NCBI GenBank assembly: GCA_965219925.1
Contig: OZ244795.1
Coordinates: 1,981,622 to 2,045,621 of the forward strand
Direction: 5' to 3'
DNA: 64,000 nucleotides
Source: Dehalococcoidia bacterium
GTDB taxonomy: Bacteria > Chloroflexota > Dehalococcoidia > Lucifugimonadales > UBA3495
This document shows positions 61,603 to 64,000 of the stretch, one piece after another (within the stretch, counting starts at the first letter, position 1; each line of letters starts with the position of its first letter). The position numbers and the translations under genes were made by a program. The notes under the pieces are model-generated. The model had not been told where the DNA came from and did no database searches. It saw nothing but the letters and a program-made list of their open reading frames with translations.

Positions 61603-61644
61603 ATCGGCGCCTCCTTGGGTTGGGGTTACCGCCGCCAGAACGGT

Positions 61645-62430
61645 TTAGCCAAATCTTCCGGTGATGTATGCCTCGGTGCGCTCGTCCTGCGGGTTGGTGA
61701 ACATGCGTGAAGTTTGGTCGAATTCTATCAGATGCGCTACGCGGTTTTCGTCGGGCATCAGAAAGGCTGTTTTGTCCGACACCCGGCCGGCCTGTTGCAT
61801 GTTATGCGTCACGATAATGATGGTGTAGCGCTGTTTGAGTTCCCGCATCAAATCTTCAATGGCCAGGGTGGCGATGGGGTCCAGTGCCGAACAAGGTTCG
61901 TCCATAAGGATGACGCTGGGTTGAATGGCCAGCGTGCGTGCGATGCACAGCCTCTGCTGCTGACCACCGGAGAGAGCCAGCGCCGATTCCTTCAGGCGGT
62001 CTTTCACCTCATCCCAAAGCGCGGCAGACCTGAGTGAATCCTCCACGATGGCGTCAAGGCTCCCCGTGTACCCGTTGATGCGCGGCCCGAAGGCTACGTT
62101 TTCGTAGATGGACTTGGCGAAAGGGTTGGGCCGCTGGAACACCATCCCGATTTCATAACGAATTTGCGTCGGGTCTGAACCGGGAGCGTACAGGTTATAC
62201 TCGCCAAACCAGACTTGGCCTTCCATGCGGAACGACGGGATGAGGTCGTTCATCCGGTTTATGCAGCGCAACAGAGTGCTTTTTCCGCCGCCGCTGGGGC
62301 CGATGATCGCCGTGATTTCCTTCTCCGTAACTTCCATGGAGATATCTTCAATCACCTGATTATCGCCGTAGTAAACTCCAACATCGTCAAACCGGATTGC
62401 GGGGTTGGTGGCAATTGCCTGGTTTGTCAT
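61645..62430 (-). CDS. pstB: Phosphate ABC transporter ATPase
   Basis: [52 protein letters not shown]. Confidence 0.97.
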   Translation of the reverse strand: MTNQAIATNPAIRFDDVGVYYGDNQVIEDISMEVTEKEITAIIGPSGGGKSTLLRCINRMNDLIPSFRMEGQVWFGEYNLYAPGSDPTQIRYEIGMVFQRPNPFAKSIYENVAFGPRINGYTGSLDAIVEDSLRSAALWDEVKDRLKESALALSGGQQQRLCIARTLAIQPSVILMDEPCSALDPIATLAIEDLMRELKQRYTIIIVTHNMQQAGRVSDKTAFLMPDENRVAHLIEFDQTSRMFTNPQDERTEAYITGRFG

Positions 62431-62436
62431 AACCGA

Positions 62437-63339
62437 TTACCCCCGGTGTTTGCCCTGGAGATGGTTGCGCAGGAGAATGGCCGCAGCATTCAATCCCAAC
62501 AGCATAATCAACAGTACCACGATGCCGGCGGCGGCCAGTTGGTGGAACTCTTCCTGCGGTTTGGAGATCCACACGTAAATCTGGATTGGCAAAACGGTAA
62601 ACCGATCCAGTGGAGAGGTTGGCGCAAAGGGCACGAAAGAAAGGGCGCCCATAATCACCAGCGGAGCGGCTTCCCCCATCGCCCGGCTGACCGCCAGGAT
62701 GATTCCGGTCAGGATACCCGGCATGGCCTGTGGGAGCACCAGTCGCCACACTACCTGCCAACGAGTTGCCCCCAGCGCATAGCCGCCTTCCCTGACGGTG
62801 GACGGCACGGCGCGGATGGCTTCTTCTGCCGAAACTATAACCACCGGCATTATCAGCAACGCCAGCGTCAGACCGGCCGTCAATACGCTCTTGCCCATTG
62901 CGAAAACCGCCACGAAAATGGCGAGGCCCAGGATGCCGTACACAATGGACGGGACGGCGGCCAGGTTTTGGATATTGACCTGTATCAACTCGTCTATCCG
63001 CCGCCCTCCGGCATACTCTTCCAGGTAGATAGCGGCAGCCACTCCCACCGTGAACGACACCACAATGCAGATGCCCATCACCCACAGCGTGCCCACGATG
63101 GCAGGCCACAGGCCCGAAGCCACGGCTTTGCTGGAGGGGATATCGGTGAGGAGGGTTACGATTGAGCTGCCATCAAGGTTGAACCACTGCAGCGCTTCCG
63201 CCAATACGCTGTAAAGCAACGCCGCCAGCATCAGCAGACTCAACAGGATCGCCGACATGCACACCGCGCGGAACACCAGAGCGTTGCGCCGGCGTTTGAC
63301 CAACTTGCGCCGATATTCGGTGGGATTGGACACGGCCAT
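62437..63339 (-). CDS. pstA: Phosphate ABC transporter permease PstA
   Basis: AIYLEEY, NLAAVPSIVYG, ALGATRWQ, SRAMGEAAPL. Confidence 0.95.
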   Translation of the reverse strand: MAVSNPTEYRRKLVKRRRNALVFRAVCMSAILLSLLMLAALLYSVLAEALQWFNLDGSSIVTLLTDIPSSKAVASGLWPAIVGTLWVMGICIVVSFTVGVAAAIYLEEYAGGRRIDELIQVNIQNLAAVPSIVYGILGLAIFVAVFAMGKSVLTAGLTLALLIMPVVIVSAEEAIRAVPSTVREGGYALGATRWQVVWRLVLPQAMPGILTGIILAVSRAMGEAAPLVIMGALSFVPFAPTSPLDRFTVLPIQIYVWISKPQEEFHQLAAAGIVVLLIMLLGLNAAAILLRNHLQGKHRG

Positions 63340-64000
63340 TATTCGTACACCTCGCGGAACCTGGTGACGACCGTGTGACTTATCATGTTCATGACCAGGG
63401 TGATTACGAAAAGGGTGATTCCCACCGCAAACAACGCCTGGAATTGAGCGGTTCCGGGTATGGCGTTATCACTGAAGTTGGTGGTTGCCATGAACCCGGT
63501 CATGGTGTTGACTGGCCCCAGAGGGTTGAAGGTGAGTGAATCGTTTTGGCCCGCGGCGATGAACACGATCATCGTCTCACCGATCGCCCGGGATGTGGCC
63601 AGGATAATGGCAGAAACGATGCCCGAAAGAGCGGCTGGCACCACCACTTTCGTCGCTACTTCAACCTTGGTCGCACCGAGGGCGTAAGCGCCCTCCCGGA
63701 GCGCCGATGGGACTGCGCGCATCGCATCTTCGCTGAGACTGGAAACCATGGGAACGATCATTACGCCCATCACGATGCCGGCAGCAAGGGCGTTGAATAT
63801 GCCGACGTCGTCACTAATCAGGCGCAGCAGCGGGGTGATGAAGAAGAGGGCGAAAAAGCCGTACACGACGGTCGGTATCCCAGCCAGGATTTCCAAAACC
63901 GGCTTGGTGATGGCGCGCACACGCGGCGGAGCGTACTCACTGAGGAAGATGGCGCACAGCAAACCCAGGGGAGTTGCGATCAGCATTGCCAGCACCGCGA
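63339..64000 (-). CDS. pstC: Phosphate ABC transporter permease PstC (5' truncated by window edge)
   Basis: [40 protein letters not shown]. Confidence 0.94.
   Translation of the reverse strand, partial: AVLAMLIATPLGLLCAIFLSEYAPPRVRAITKPVLEILAGIPTVVYGFFALFFITPLLRLISDDVGIFNALAAGIVMGVMIVPMVSSLSEDAMRAVPSALREGAYALGATKVEVATKVVVPAALSGIVSAIILATSRAIGETMIVFIAAGQNDSLTFNPLGPVNTMTGFMATTNFSDNAIPGTAQFQALFAVGITLFVITLVMNMISHTVVTRFREVYE

Overview
GC-rich bacterial chromosomal window, most consistent with a Chloroflexota (Dehalococcoidia/SAR202-like) organism. This is inferred from the several luciferase-like and F420-type oxidoreductases, paired CoA-transferases, crotonases and the NHL/DUF1800/DUF1501 genes. 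An ankyrin-TPR gene hints at a host-associated lifestyle. Housekeeping blocks are plsY(partial)/PHP/ymdB/rny, trpDCFB without trpA, glcDEF, leuB, metF-acpS-nnr, radC, sulfite reductase-hemD and pstCAB-phoU. A stand-alone 23S rRNA-tRNA(fMet) unit has its own promoter, no adjacent 16S or 5S, and an about 97-nt expanded helix. The strongest hidden signal is an unannotated, apparently leaderless 24-aa Cys-rich leader peptide (MHSNCKSNQTCLCTCTCTEKTGAG, 60775-60701, minus strand). It has a consensus promoter and overlapping antiterminator/terminator hairpins directly upstream of the sulfite/nitrite reductase, i.e. a candidate cysteine-sensing transcription attenuator. Also notable are a family of nested, modular palindromic/MITE-like repeats at 8 intergenic sites, a MITE inserted into the CTAG shared by two convergent stop codons, two tandem Zn-ribbon microproteins, a membrane-anchored Zn-finger GIY-YIG nuclease and a glycosylase-fold gene behind the tRNA. 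No CRISPR array, integrase or transposase was seen. All calls come from motif reading, not database searches.
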